32,000 nt of DNA from Gammaproteobacteria bacterium (GTDB lineage: Bacteria; Pseudomonadota; Gammaproteobacteria; Chromatiales; Chromatiaceae). The notes under the pieces are model-generated. The model made no database searches and was not told the DNA's origin. It worked only from the letters and a program-made list of their open reading frames with translations. Within the stretch, counting starts at the first letter, position 1. Every line of letters begins with the position of its first letter. A program made the translations under genes and the position numbers. Location: the NCBI GenBank assembly GCA_030148485.1, contig JASBTJ010000025.1, positions 23,236-55,235 on the forward strand, given 5' to 3'. Positions 16,060-23,830 of the stretch are shown here, piece after piece.

Positions 16060-17268
16060 CTAAACACCCTCTTGGCCGCCTTCGAACGCGGCCCCGAGGG
16101 TGCGCAGAGTGAGTTGCCCACCGGTGTCGCCAAATAGGCCCAGCTTATTGGTGACCGCCAACAAGCCGGCATTTTGCCAAAAGGCCCGGTCGGCGGCCTT
16201 GGCTGCCGCTTTCTCGCCCTTGCCGTCCGCCATCATCTGCTCATACACGGCGCCAGCCTCTACGGCAGCCTCCATGCCAGCCGCGGCCCCGCTGCCCAGC
16301 CAAAGCCCCATGCGAGGCGACACCGATGCCACAGCTTGGGCGCCCTTTGCCAGCCCCATGCCGGGAACGAAAAACGTCGTGGTCGAGCCGGCACCGGCGG
16401 CCAGATTATCCAGGAAGTTCTGATCTGAAGGCATCAGGTCAGCCGCCTGTTGGGTGACCTTGAGCTGCCCTTCCCGCAAGGCATTGGATCCGGTCATGCG
16501 GGCGGCATAGCCCAGCAATCCCCCGCCGGTTTGGATGGCCCCGGCCGTGAAATCCTTGGCGCCCCGGGTTGCCACTCCTTCGGCCGGGCCTATCTGCTCC
16601 CGGGCGCGCTTGGCGGTCGTGGGTGCGTCGAAGCGGCGACCGTCACCGGCGTCGTCCAGCCCGACCTGACGGCCAGCCAAGTACAGCGCCACATTCGGGT
16701 CACCGCCCACGGGCACCGCATCCGGATTGCCGAACAGGCTGTCCAAGGCCTGACGGAACGCAGTCTGCTCAGGTGCCGCCCGTACGCCGGCCCCGGGGGC
16801 TTTCGCCAGCACCTCACCGGTTACGTCCGGATACAGCGTCTGCACGGCATTTGTGATGGCCCTTTGTTCAGCGGCTTGCCTGGCCCTAACACCACCGCGG
16901 CCGGTGTACCCGAACTGGCCGTCCTGGGGCGCCTCCGGCATCAACGCGCTGAGCATGTCACCCAGCCCTGGGCCGGTCTGCATGATGCCCTTGGTCGGGA
17001 ACGGCTCTGTCGGTATGGCCGGCGTTTCCTGTGGCGCCGGTGGCGCCGTGGCCGCCTGGATCGCACTCAACGCCTCATTGACGCCGGCAATACCTCCGCT
17101 ACCCGGCGTAACCGGTGCCGCCAGCACCGGTGCCACCCCAAACCGCGCCCCGAAGTCCTCCGGCGTCAGCTTGTCCGCATAGTGCTTCTGATACAGGCGA
17201 GTTGCCAGATCGTCGTCTGGCAAGGTGTCGTATTGCGGATACTGAGCGCGGAACTCGGTGATGTTCAT
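16060..17268 (-). CDS. N-terminal segment of the polyvalent-protein frame (402 aa, ends at in-frame TAG)
   Basis: Start MNITEFRAQYPQYDTLPDDDL overlaps the helicase stop as ATGA. It has Ala/Gly/Pro-rich linkers and a Gly/Ala-rich hydrophobic C-terminal region. It is in the same frame as 10243..15987, since 17304-15987 = 1317 = 3 x 439. Confidence 0.7.
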   Translation of the reverse strand: MNITEFRAQYPQYDTLPDDDLATRLYQKHYADKLTPEDFGARFGVAPVLAAPVTPGSGGIAGVNEALSAIQAATAPPAPQETPAIPTEPFPTKGIMQTGPGLGDMLSALMPEAPQDGQFGYTGRGGVRARQAAEQRAITNAVQTLYPDVTGEVLAKAPGAGVRAAPEQTAFRQALDSLFGNPDAVPVGGDPNVALYLAGRQVGLDDAGDGRRFDAPTTAKRAREQIGPAEGVATRGAKDFTAGAIQTGGGLLGYAARMTGSNALREGQLKVTQQAADLMPSDQNFLDNLAAGAGSTTTFFVPGMGLAKGAQAVASVSPRMGLWLGSGAAAGMEAAVEAGAVYEQMMADGKGEKAAAKAADRAFWQNAGLLAVTNKLGLFGDTGGQLTLRTLGAAFEGGQEGV

Positions 17269-18188
17269 TGCATCAAGTCTCCTATAACGTCGACTCCCCA
17301 GCACATTACCCGGCCAGCTTTATCAGGCACGAACTGCTGGCTGGCGCCGTGGTACCAGAGGTTCACAATCCCTTCCCACTCGCCATGTCGCTGCTTAGCA
17401 ACGTTCAGCGTCGCATCAGGCTCACCAGGATCGCGCGCTCTGCCTACGCGGGCGTCCTCCTCCTTCGCCTTGTTGCGATGCACGATGAAAACGTTGTCGA
17501 CTAGGTCGGTAATCTCGGCTGCTCCGCGGATGTCGAACTTGTCCGGACGCCGATGCTCGTTCTCCCCCTTACGCATGTGAGCAATGAGCACGATGTGCAA
17601 ACCGCTTCCCTTGGCAAGCCAGCAGAGGCGATCCACGAAGTTCTTTTGGGCGTTGTAGTCGTCGGTCCCGATGCCGCACTTCATCAGCGAGTCGATGATC
17701 AAAATGTCTGCTTCGAGAACTTCAGCGGCGTAAACGGTCATACCCAAAATGCGGTCGGTTGGCACACTGTCTTGCTGGTCGTAGATCCACAGTCTGCCAT
17801 CAGTCCAAGACAGGAACCCGTCGATGAAACTCCTCGCCGGGGCGGCAGTGCCTGACGCCTGACGAATCATCCGCTGCAGAGTGGCTGCTGGTGGCATCTC
17901 CATGGACGCGATCACGGTCTTAGCTTCGGGAAGGAGCCACAACGCAATCTGTCCAGTGAGCATGGATTTTCCGTGTCCATTAATGCCTGCAGCGATAGTG
18001 ACCTCGCCAGGACGCAGTGCAACATTGGCGTGAGTCTTGGACCAAGGTAGCGGGAAACCACTTTGCTGCTCCTTCCCCGAGAAACGATCGACTACTGCGG
18101 CATGCCATTCACTTGCTGGACGGACACAGTCACCCTCGCGGTTCTGCAGATACTTGGAGAAATCGATATTGTCTGGGATCACTTGCAT
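17265..18188 (-). CDS. DnaB/RepA-like replicative helicase (RecA-fold ATPase)
   Basis: 307-aa ORF with Walker A AAGINGHGKSM and Walker B ADILIIDSL, then LHIVLIAHMRKG and DIRGAAEITDLVDNVFIVHR, as in DnaB C-terminal/phage primase-helicase ATPase domains. Confidence 0.75.
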   Translation of the reverse strand: MQVIPDNIDFSKYLQNREGDCVRPASEWHAAVVDRFSGKEQQSGFPLPWSKTHANVALRPGEVTIAAGINGHGKSMLTGQIALWLLPEAKTVIASMEMPPAATLQRMIRQASGTAAPARSFIDGFLSWTDGRLWIYDQQDSVPTDRILGMTVYAAEVLEADILIIDSLMKCGIGTDDYNAQKNFVDRLCWLAKGSGLHIVLIAHMRKGENEHRRPDKFDIRGAAEITDLVDNVFIVHRNKAKEEDARVGRARDPGEPDATLNVAKQRHGEWEGIVNLWYHGASQQFVPDKAGRVMCWGVDVIGDLMQ

Positions 18189-18535
18189 CGGATTCTCCTC
18201 ACCATCGGCGTCATATCCGGAGATGGCAGGGTTGGCGTTAGGCTCAGCAGGCCCTCTCGCAGCACGTCAACAAGTTTCCCGCTATCCAGGGCCCAAAGTG
18301 TCAGGCTGTTGACCTGGGCTCGGAACAATGCGTCCGAGACCCGGATAGCTGTTTCGAGTTGCGGGGTGGCGAACGACAGAAACACATCGAGGTCATGGAA
18401 CCCGATCAAGTCGTCTACCGGACTGACGTCAATGGCAGCGTGGTATCGCTTTACCTCAGGAACAAGTGTGGCCAGGACGGGGCCTGCAGGGCGCTGGCCC
18501 GCTTTGCGGAGATCAAGTAGGTTGGTGGCGTTCAT
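18179..18535 (-). CDS. hypothetical protein (replication-module associated)
   Basis: Internal start MNATNLLDLRKAG... of ORF 18179..18652. Its ATG overlaps the upstream stop as ATGA and is preceded by GGGGGGA. No family recognised. Confidence 0.6.
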   Translation of the reverse strand: MNATNLLDLRKAGQRPAGPVLATLVPEVKRYHAAIDVSPVDDLIGFHDLDVFLSFATPQLETAIRVSDALFRAQVNSLTLWALDSGKLVDVLREGLLSLTPTLPSPDMTPMVRRIRCK

Positions 18536-18858
18536 ATTCCCCCCTGTCCGTATGCATTCAGCTCTGCCGAGCCAGACTCCGACTTGCTGCGGCTGTCCCA
18601 GTTCCGCACCGCGGCGCGCCAGTCTTTCATGGGCGATTTGCCGACCTTCCAACCCTTGGATGCGTAGAAATCCACGAACCGCTGGGCATCTACGGCGTAA
18701 TGTTTCTCCGCAACGTACTCTGCGACATCATCGACAGAGGGTGGAGCGAACCGCGAAGCGCTACTACCTACCGAAGTAGAAGATGAAGTAGAAGATGAAG
18801 GGGTTGGATTTTGGTTATCGGCGGTGGTTGTGCGTTGTTTGCCAGCTTGCTTAAGCAA
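18532..18858 (-). CDS. C-terminal part of the replication-initiation protein, in the -1 frame relative to the DUF1376 ORF
   Basis: A Ser/Thr-rich linker is followed by VDDVAEYVAEKHYAVDAQRFVDFYASKGWKVGKSPMKDWRAAVRNWDSR. I recognise this motif from the C-termini of phage/island replication-organiser proteins. The only start is a TTG inside a hairpin, and it overlaps the DUF1376 ORF by 91 nt. Confidence 0.6.
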   Translation of the reverse strand: MLKQAGKQRTTTADNQNPTPSSSTSSSTSVGSSASRFAPPSVDDVAEYVAEKHYAVDAQRFVDFYASKGWKVGKSPMKDWRAAVRNWDSRSKSESGSAELNAYGQGGI

Positions 18859-19211
18859 GCTGGATTCCCGCCCTTTTTCCCGGCTTCTCTACGTATCGCG
18901 CTGATTTCTTCGTCCTTAACCATGCGCTTGTTGAAGATAACGCCGGTGTCGGGATCCACGCGCAGGCACCCGAAGTCGATCAAGGTGGTTAATGTGGTCG
19001 TAAGGGTTTGGTTATCCAAACCGGGCAGCCTGGCGAGCGCCGGCTCGGGCATCTTTTTGCCGTTGAGCAACAGCTTCCCGCGCTCAGCCGACTCATGCAT
19101 GATGCACAGGATCTCAAAGTAAAGGCCTCGCTCGAAGTAACCGAGCGCCTGTACTGATGGGTCTTTCCGCCAGTCTGCTGGGTAGAATTGAAAAGACGGT
19201 GCTTTGGCCAT
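18768..19211 (-). CDS. DUF1376 (YdaU-like) replication-associated protein, zero-frame product
   Basis: MAKAPSFQFYPADWRKDPSVQALGYFERGLYFEILCIMHE... is the canonical DUF1376 N-terminus. GAGGTGA Shine-Dalgarno lies upstream. The last ~30 codons (PPPITKIQPLHLLLHLLLR) look non-coding. Confidence 0.75.
   Translation of the reverse strand: MAKAPSFQFYPADWRKDPSVQALGYFERGLYFEILCIMHESAERGKLLLNGKKMPEPALARLPGLDNQTLTTTLTTLIDFGCLRVDPDTGVIFNKRMVKDEEISAIRREAGKKGGNPACLSKLANNAQPPPITKIQPLHLLLHLLLR
18842..18881 (-). promoter_or_regulatory. candidate -1 programmed ribosomal frameshift cassette
   Basis: Minus strand reads GGG-AAA-AAG in the zero frame (18881-18873), then a 9-nt spacer GGCGGGAAT. After that comes a perfect 22-nt palindrome CCAGCTTGC-TTAA-GCAAGCTGG (18863-18842). 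The -1 frame is open from the TAG at 18890-18892, just upstream of the slippery run, through to the stop at 18532. Confidence 0.4.
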
Positions 19212-19407
19212 AGCTCACCTCACTATCGGCCAGTCGCCAATCGTACGACCCCAAGCAATACACTCGCTGATCGTGCGAGGGGGTGAACTGGCTCCCTGAT
19301 ACCGGCGCCATGCTCCCTTGTCGTACCGCCCGACGGAGAGTAGCCCGCACTCCACAGCTGACGCAGGATCAGCGCCTCGACCGCGGCCACCACCGCACGG
19401 GGCATTA

Positions 19408-19683
19408 CTATGCGTGGGCATAGACGCCGCCCAACACACCCCTATCAGCAGACTTACGCGCGGCCTCGAGCTTTTCAACAAGGGCGCGGATGTCGTCTTC
19501 TGACTTACCGGCGATCCGCGCCGCATTCAGAGCGTCGATTTCCCCCGCAGGCCAACCAACCGCACGGGCTCCCAAGCTCACCGGCTTGGGCCATAGGCCT
19601 TGCGAAATTCGGAGATAGATCGTGGACCGGGCGAGACCGGTTTCAGATTTGACGGCAGGAAGCCGGAGGATCGTAGTGGTCAT
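19408..19683 (-). CDS. alpA: AlpA-family regulator/excisionase
   Basis: Internal start of ORF 19408..19821 preceded by GGAGG. MTTTILRLPAVKSETGLARSTIYLRISQGLWPKPVSLGARAVGWPAGEIDALN is the AlpA/prophage CP4-57 HTH pattern. Confidence 0.8.
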   Translation of the reverse strand: MTTTILRLPAVKSETGLARSTIYLRISQGLWPKPVSLGARAVGWPAGEIDALNAARIAGKSEDDIRALVEKLEAARKSADRGVLGGVYAHA

Positions 19684-19750
19684 CGTTCGCCTCCATCGGC
19701 GTTTCTTAGATGACTTCAGACTCTCCCCTACGGATGCCCATAAACCAGCT

Positions 19751-20230
19751 TCAGGTTGTTGGGTATCGTTGCGGCCGCTCGTGTTTGTAGCGGGGCAGGC
19801 CGCCAGCAGAATGCCACGCATTCTGGACGGCCTTAAACTTCCAATTCATGCGCCGAGCGACCCTCTCTTGCGCGGTCTTCACGACAATTGATTCGCCGCG
19901 ACTAAACATCGTATCGAGCTCTTGACTCACGAGAAGATGACTGAACGCATCGGTTCGCAGACGTGTGTTTGGCCGCCCGCCAACGCTCTCTATGTTCAGT
20001 GCACGCTTAATAGGAATATCATCAACCAGGTAATCACGCAGACACCCGCCCAAATAACGCAATGCGACCAGATCAGCTTCACCGACTGAAGTGCCCAGCT
20101 CAAGACCATTAAGTGCAACGAGAGCGTGCTGGAGTAAAGCACGCCCGGCCTTATCGTCACCGCGTGACGCCAACTTCACCAAGCGCTTTCTGTGAGGCGT
20201 GGCAAGCCGTTGTTTACGAGCGCGAGTCAT
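19751..20230 (-). CDS. hypothetical protein
   Basis: Start MTRARKQRLATPHRKRL lies 8 nt after the integrase stop. 159 aa. No family recognised. Confidence 0.5.
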   Translation of the reverse strand: MTRARKQRLATPHRKRLVKLASRGDDKAGRALLQHALVALNGLELGTSVGEADLVALRYLGGCLRDYLVDDIPIKRALNIESVGGRPNTRLRTDAFSHLLVSQELDTMFSRGESIVVKTAQERVARRMNWKFKAVQNAWHSAGGLPRYKHERPQRYPTT

Positions 20231-20237
20231 ATCCGCA

Positions 20238-21449
20238 TCATCTGGCCGTTCGAATAGGCACAACCTCCGCCCCTGACCTCAAGTGTTCCAAGTATTCGGC
20301 CCAGGCCTGCATCATCTTCCGTCTCTCGGGGAGATGCTCGGCGTAGTTGTAGGCAGCCCTAACCCCGTTGCGCTCAGCATGTGCCAGTTGCCGCTCGATA
20401 GCGTCGTGGTGCCAGCCCTGCTCATTCAGAAGTGTCGATGCCATCGACCTGAAACCATGGCCAGTCATCTGCTCTTTGGTGTAACCCAAGCGCCGCAAGG
20501 CGGCGTTGACAGTGTTTTCGCTCATAGGTCGGTCCTTCGACCGAACGCTGGGGAATACGTACTTCCCCTTCCCCGTCAGCGGCTGAATCTCTTCCAGGAC
20601 GGCCACTGCTTGATCTGACAACGGCACGATGTGAGGGGCCGGCATCTTCATTTTCTCAGCCGGAATGCGCCACTCAGCCGTCTTGAGGTCAATTTCATCC
20701 CATTCAGCGCGCCTAAGTTCACCTGGGCGGACGAAAACTAGCGGCGCCAGACTCAGGGCACACTTCGTCAGAAGATGCCCCTCATAACCCTCTATGGCCC
20801 TCAGCAGCTCCCCAATGGCCTTCGGGTCAGTGATCGAGGCATGGTGCTTCTTCCGGACCGGTGGCAGCGCCCCTCTTAGATCCCCAGAGGGGTCCCGATC
20901 TGCACGACCAGTAGCCACGGCATACCGGAAAACCATGCCGCAATACTGCAACGCCCGGTGAGCCGTATCCAGGGCCCCCCGGGATTCGATTCGGCGGATA
21001 GTTCTCAGGAGCTCAGGGGCATCAATTTCGGCGATTGGCTGGCTTCCGAGCCACGGGTATAAGTCCTTCTCCAGAAGCCTCTTGCTGCGCGTGCTATGGC
21101 TTTCAGACCATCGAGGAGAATTCTTGTCGAACCACTCCTGGCCGATGGCCTCGAAAGTATTCGCCCCCTGCTCCGCCTTCGCGTACTTGGCGGCCCTTTT
21201 AGCCACACCGGGGTCAATGCCATCAACCAGCAGCTTTCGGGCGTCAGTGCGCTTCTCACGGGCTTTCGCGAGTGAGACTTCAGGATAAGGCCCGAGGGAG
21301 ATGAGCTTCTCTTTCCCGTTGATCCGGTACTTGAGTCGCCAGCCCTTACGGCCGTTAGGATTCACCAGGAGAAACAGGCCATGCCCATCGAAGAGCTTGT
21401 AGGGCTTGTCCTTGCCTTTTGCCTTGCGAACCGCGGTGTCTGTCAGCAT
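20238..21449 (-). CDS. int: tyrosine recombinase, P4-type integrase
   Basis: MLTDTAVRKAKGKDKPYKLFDGHGLFLLVNPNGRKGWRLKYRINGKEKLISLGPYPEVSLAKAREKR is a DUF4102-type N-terminal arm-binding domain. The C-terminal catalytic region contains HGFRSMAST ... LAH ... Y. It lies adjacent to tRNA-Lys. An alternative ATG is at 21464. Confidence 0.9.
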   Translation of the reverse strand: MLTDTAVRKAKGKDKPYKLFDGHGLFLLVNPNGRKGWRLKYRINGKEKLISLGPYPEVSLAKAREKRTDARKLLVDGIDPGVAKRAAKYAKAEQGANTFEAIGQEWFDKNSPRWSESHSTRSKRLLEKDLYPWLGSQPIAEIDAPELLRTIRRIESRGALDTAHRALQYCGMVFRYAVATGRADRDPSGDLRGALPPVRKKHHASITDPKAIGELLRAIEGYEGHLLTKCALSLAPLVFVRPGELRRAEWDEIDLKTAEWRIPAEKMKMPAPHIVPLSDQAVAVLEEIQPLTGKGKYVFPSVRSKDRPMSENTVNAALRRLGYTKEQMTGHGFRSMASTLLNEQGWHHDAIERQLAHAERNGVRAAYNYAEHLPERRKMMQAWAEYLEHLRSGAEVVPIRTAR

Positions 21450-21555
21450 TTGGGGGTACCCCATGCGTCAATGAGTCCGGCTACCCCAGGAAATACCCCC
21501 GCGAGGGGTAGCTTTTACCGGATCAGGATAGACGCCACTGGACAGTCGAGGCAAT

Positions 21556-21579
21556 AAAAAAGCCCGCGTTATGCGGGCT
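21556..21579 (-). terminator. rho-independent terminator downstream of tRNA-Lys
   Basis: Minus strand reads AGCCCGC-ATAAC-GCGGGCT followed by TTTTTT. It lies between the tRNA 3' end and the integrase gene, inside the proposed element. Confidence 0.6.
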
Positions 21580-21613
21580 TTTGTACTGCATTGGACCTTA
21601 ATGGTCCGGAATA

Positions 21614-21689
21614 TGGTGGGTCGTGCAGGATTCGAACCTGCGACCAATTGATTAAAAGTCAACTGCTCTACCAACTGAGCTAACGACCC
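21614..21689 (-). tRNA. lysT: tRNA-Lys (anticodon UUU)
   Basis: The reverse complement reads GGGTCGTTAGCTCAGTTGGTAGAGCAGTTGACTTTTAATCAATTGGTCGCAGGTTCGAATCCTGCACGACCCACCA. It is 76 nt, cloverleaf-compatible, with anticodon loop CTTTTAA and an encoded CCA. From memory it matches enterobacterial tRNA-Lys(UUU). Confidence 0.95.
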
Positions 21690-21777
21690 TTTTTCGCTTC
21701 GAACGGGGCCGCAATGTCCCCGAAACGAAGCGCGGATTATACAGAAGGCAACGTCGCCTTCAAACCCTTTTTACCGA

Positions 21778-23037
21778 TCAGATGGCTTCCAGCTTGCGCA
21801 TACCGGCGGGCAGCAGCTTGAAATCCACCAGGCCGGTGATCAGGGCCTTGCCGAAGGTCGCTTCGTCCTCATAGACCATCTTGTAGTACTGGATCTTCAT
21901 GGTCAGACCGGAACCCAGCACGATGGCACCAAAGCTGATGAACGAACCCAGTGCCAGGGTCGATACGCCGGTGATGCCTTGTCCGATGGTGCAGCCCAGG
22001 GCCAGCACGCCACCGAAACCCATCAGCACGGCGCCGATGACGTGGGTGTAGAAGTCCTTGAAGCTGCTGAACCATTCGATGCGGAAGCCGCGGCTGATAA
22101 CGGACCACAGGAAGGATCCGGCCACCACACCCAGAAACGCCATGATACCGAAGGTCAGCAGGGTGCTGGCAAAGCCCTGGGCGATCCAGCCTGCGGTCTG
22201 ACCCATCGGATTGATGAAGGTGAACGACTGCGGGCTCAGCGGGCGACTGTCCGCCGGCTTACCTGCCGGCGAATCGGCCAGGAACGACCAGTCCTGGACA
22301 TAAGCGCGCAGGGTCATGCCATCGTCGCCGATCACGATGTTGGAACTCACATACCAACCGGCCAGCACGGCCAGGCCGACCACCAGGCCGCCCAGGACGT
22401 TGTCGAAACTGCCACGGAAATCGGCGGACTTGAACACGAACCACAGAATGACAGCGGCGATCAGCCCGCCGATGATCCAGCGCGCGGTCATGGCGCTCTC
22501 GGCACCGGCGACCAGGGTACCCAGGTCCTGGGACACACCGACGTTGATCGACATGGGACGAATCCAGTCATAGAACATCACGGTGAACAGCGTCTTGTCG
22601 CTGCCGGGGAACGGGTTGACCATGAAGTAGGCGATGATCCCGATGATGGCGAACACGAAGATCGATTTGATGTTGCCGCCACCGATACGCACCAGGCACT
22701 TGTTACCGCAGCCCGATGCCAGGGTCATGCCGATACCGAACAGAAGACCGCCGATGATGTGCTCACCCAACAACAGGGTGCCGGCGCGGTACGGTGGGAA
22801 GGAGTCGCCCGGCTGGGCCAGCCCGTTGGACTCGAGCACCAGCATGCCGATGATGGCGACCCCGATAGCGAGCAGCCAGGAACGCATACGACCGAAATCA
22901 CCCATGTTGACCATGTCGGACACGGCACCCATGGTGCAGAAGTTGGTCTTGTTGACCACAGCGCCCATGATCAGGGCAATGACAAAGGTGGACCACAGCA
23001 AAAACGACTGGGCCTCAAAAAAGCTCTCGAATGACAT
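21778..23037 (-). CDS. YeeE/YedE-family sulfur-compound (thiosulfate-type) transporter
   Basis: 419-aa polytopic membrane ORF with NKTNFCTMGAVSD and LASGCGNKCL / LALGCTIGQG Cys-containing motifs typical of YeeE/YedE. Confidence 0.75.
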   Translation of the reverse strand: MSFESFFEAQSFLLWSTFVIALIMGAVVNKTNFCTMGAVSDMVNMGDFGRMRSWLLAIGVAIIGMLVLESNGLAQPGDSFPPYRAGTLLLGEHIIGGLLFGIGMTLASGCGNKCLVRIGGGNIKSIFVFAIIGIIAYFMVNPFPGSDKTLFTVMFYDWIRPMSINVGVSQDLGTLVAGAESAMTARWIIGGLIAAVILWFVFKSADFRGSFDNVLGGLVVGLAVLAGWYVSSNIVIGDDGMTLRAYVQDWSFLADSPAGKPADSRPLSPQSFTFINPMGQTAGWIAQGFASTLLTFGIMAFLGVVAGSFLWSVISRGFRIEWFSSFKDFYTHVIGAVLMGFGGVLALGCTIGQGITGVSTLALGSFISFGAIVLGSGLTMKIQYYKMVYEDEATFGKALITGLVDFKLLPAGMRKLEAI

Positions 23038-23140
23038 GTGCTTCCCCTGACCGGCGGGCCGGCCTGAACGGACTTTGTAATAGTTAAGCGCGCGATTTTA
23101 CAGCACTGCTACGGCCCGGCAACCCAGATCGCTGTGCGTA

Positions 23141-23830
23141 TTAGCAGTACCGCGTGGGATCTGGAATCCCAGCCTGGCGCAATCCCTCGGCCCGAAAGCG
23201 ACAGGAGTCGCAATGACCACAGGCCCGCCCCTCCCTGTCGGCCTGATAACAAGACACCGTGAGGCCGTATTCCACCCCCAATCGCGCTCCCTCGGCGATG
23301 ATCTGAGCCTTGGTCAGCTCGATCAAAGGCGCGTGGACACGAAAGGTCTTGCCTTCCACCCCCGCCTTGGTCGCCAGATTAGCTAGACGCTCGAAGGCCG
23401 CGATATATTCCGGGCGACAGTCCGGATAACCCGAATAATCGACCGCATTGACGCCGACGAACAGATCGCAGGCGCCCAGCACCTCCGCCCAACCCAGTGC
23501 CAGACTGAGGAAAATCGTATTACGCGCGGGCACGTAGGTGACCGGAATACCCTCTCCGCCATCCTCGGGCACATCAATACGGGTATCGGTCAACGCGGAC
23601 CCGCCGATGGCGGTGAGATCGATAGGTAGTATCTTGTGCTCGACCACGCCGGCGCTGGCAGCCACCTGCCGGGCCGCGTTCAATTCGGCCACATGCCGCT
23701 GGCCGTAGTCGAGGCTCAGCGCGTAGCAGGCATAGCCTTGTTCACGCGCGATGGCCAGCGCGGTGGCCGAATCCAGCCCCCCGGACAACAACACCACCGC
23801 CCGTTTTCGCTCAGTGTCCGGGGGCATCAT
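23141..23830 (-). CDS. queC: 7-cyano-7-deazaguanine synthase
   Basis: Internal start [25 protein letters not shown] (SGGxDS PP-loop). The C-terminal Cys cluster [20 protein letters not shown] is the QueC zinc site. Confidence 0.9.
   Translation of the reverse strand: MMPPDTERKRAVVLLSGGLDSATALAIAREQGYACYALSLDYGQRHVAELNAARQVAASAGVVEHKILPIDLTAIGGSALTDTRIDVPEDGGEGIPVTYVPARNTIFLSLALGWAEVLGACDLFVGVNAVDYSGYPDCRPEYIAAFERLANLATKAGVEGKTFRVHAPLIELTKAQIIAEGARLGVEYGLTVSCYQADREGRACGHCDSCRFRAEGLRQAGIPDPTRYC

Larger units (their letters stand above)
8599..21627. mobile_element. ~13-kb integrative element at tRNA-Lys (integrase, AlpA, replication module, giant polyvalent-protein gene)
   Basis: A tyrosine integrase gene lies 150 nt from the tRNA-Lys 3' end, with AlpA-type excisionase and DUF1376+helicase modules. 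A gapped direct repeat and an AT-rich junction sit at 8.6 kb. The distal boundary is tentative. Confidence 0.6.

Noticed and set aside
19212-19407. Small ORFs between alpA and the DUF1376 gene (19114..19350, 19215..19526, 19223..19405)
   Set aside because: They overlap each other and the flanking genes in different frames and have poor composition. The spacer more likely holds the promoter and ribosome-binding site (GAGGTGA) of the replication operon.
21468-21674. 68-aa ORF on the minus strand
   Set aside because: It is the translation of the tRNA-Lys gene and its terminator, so it is an artefact.
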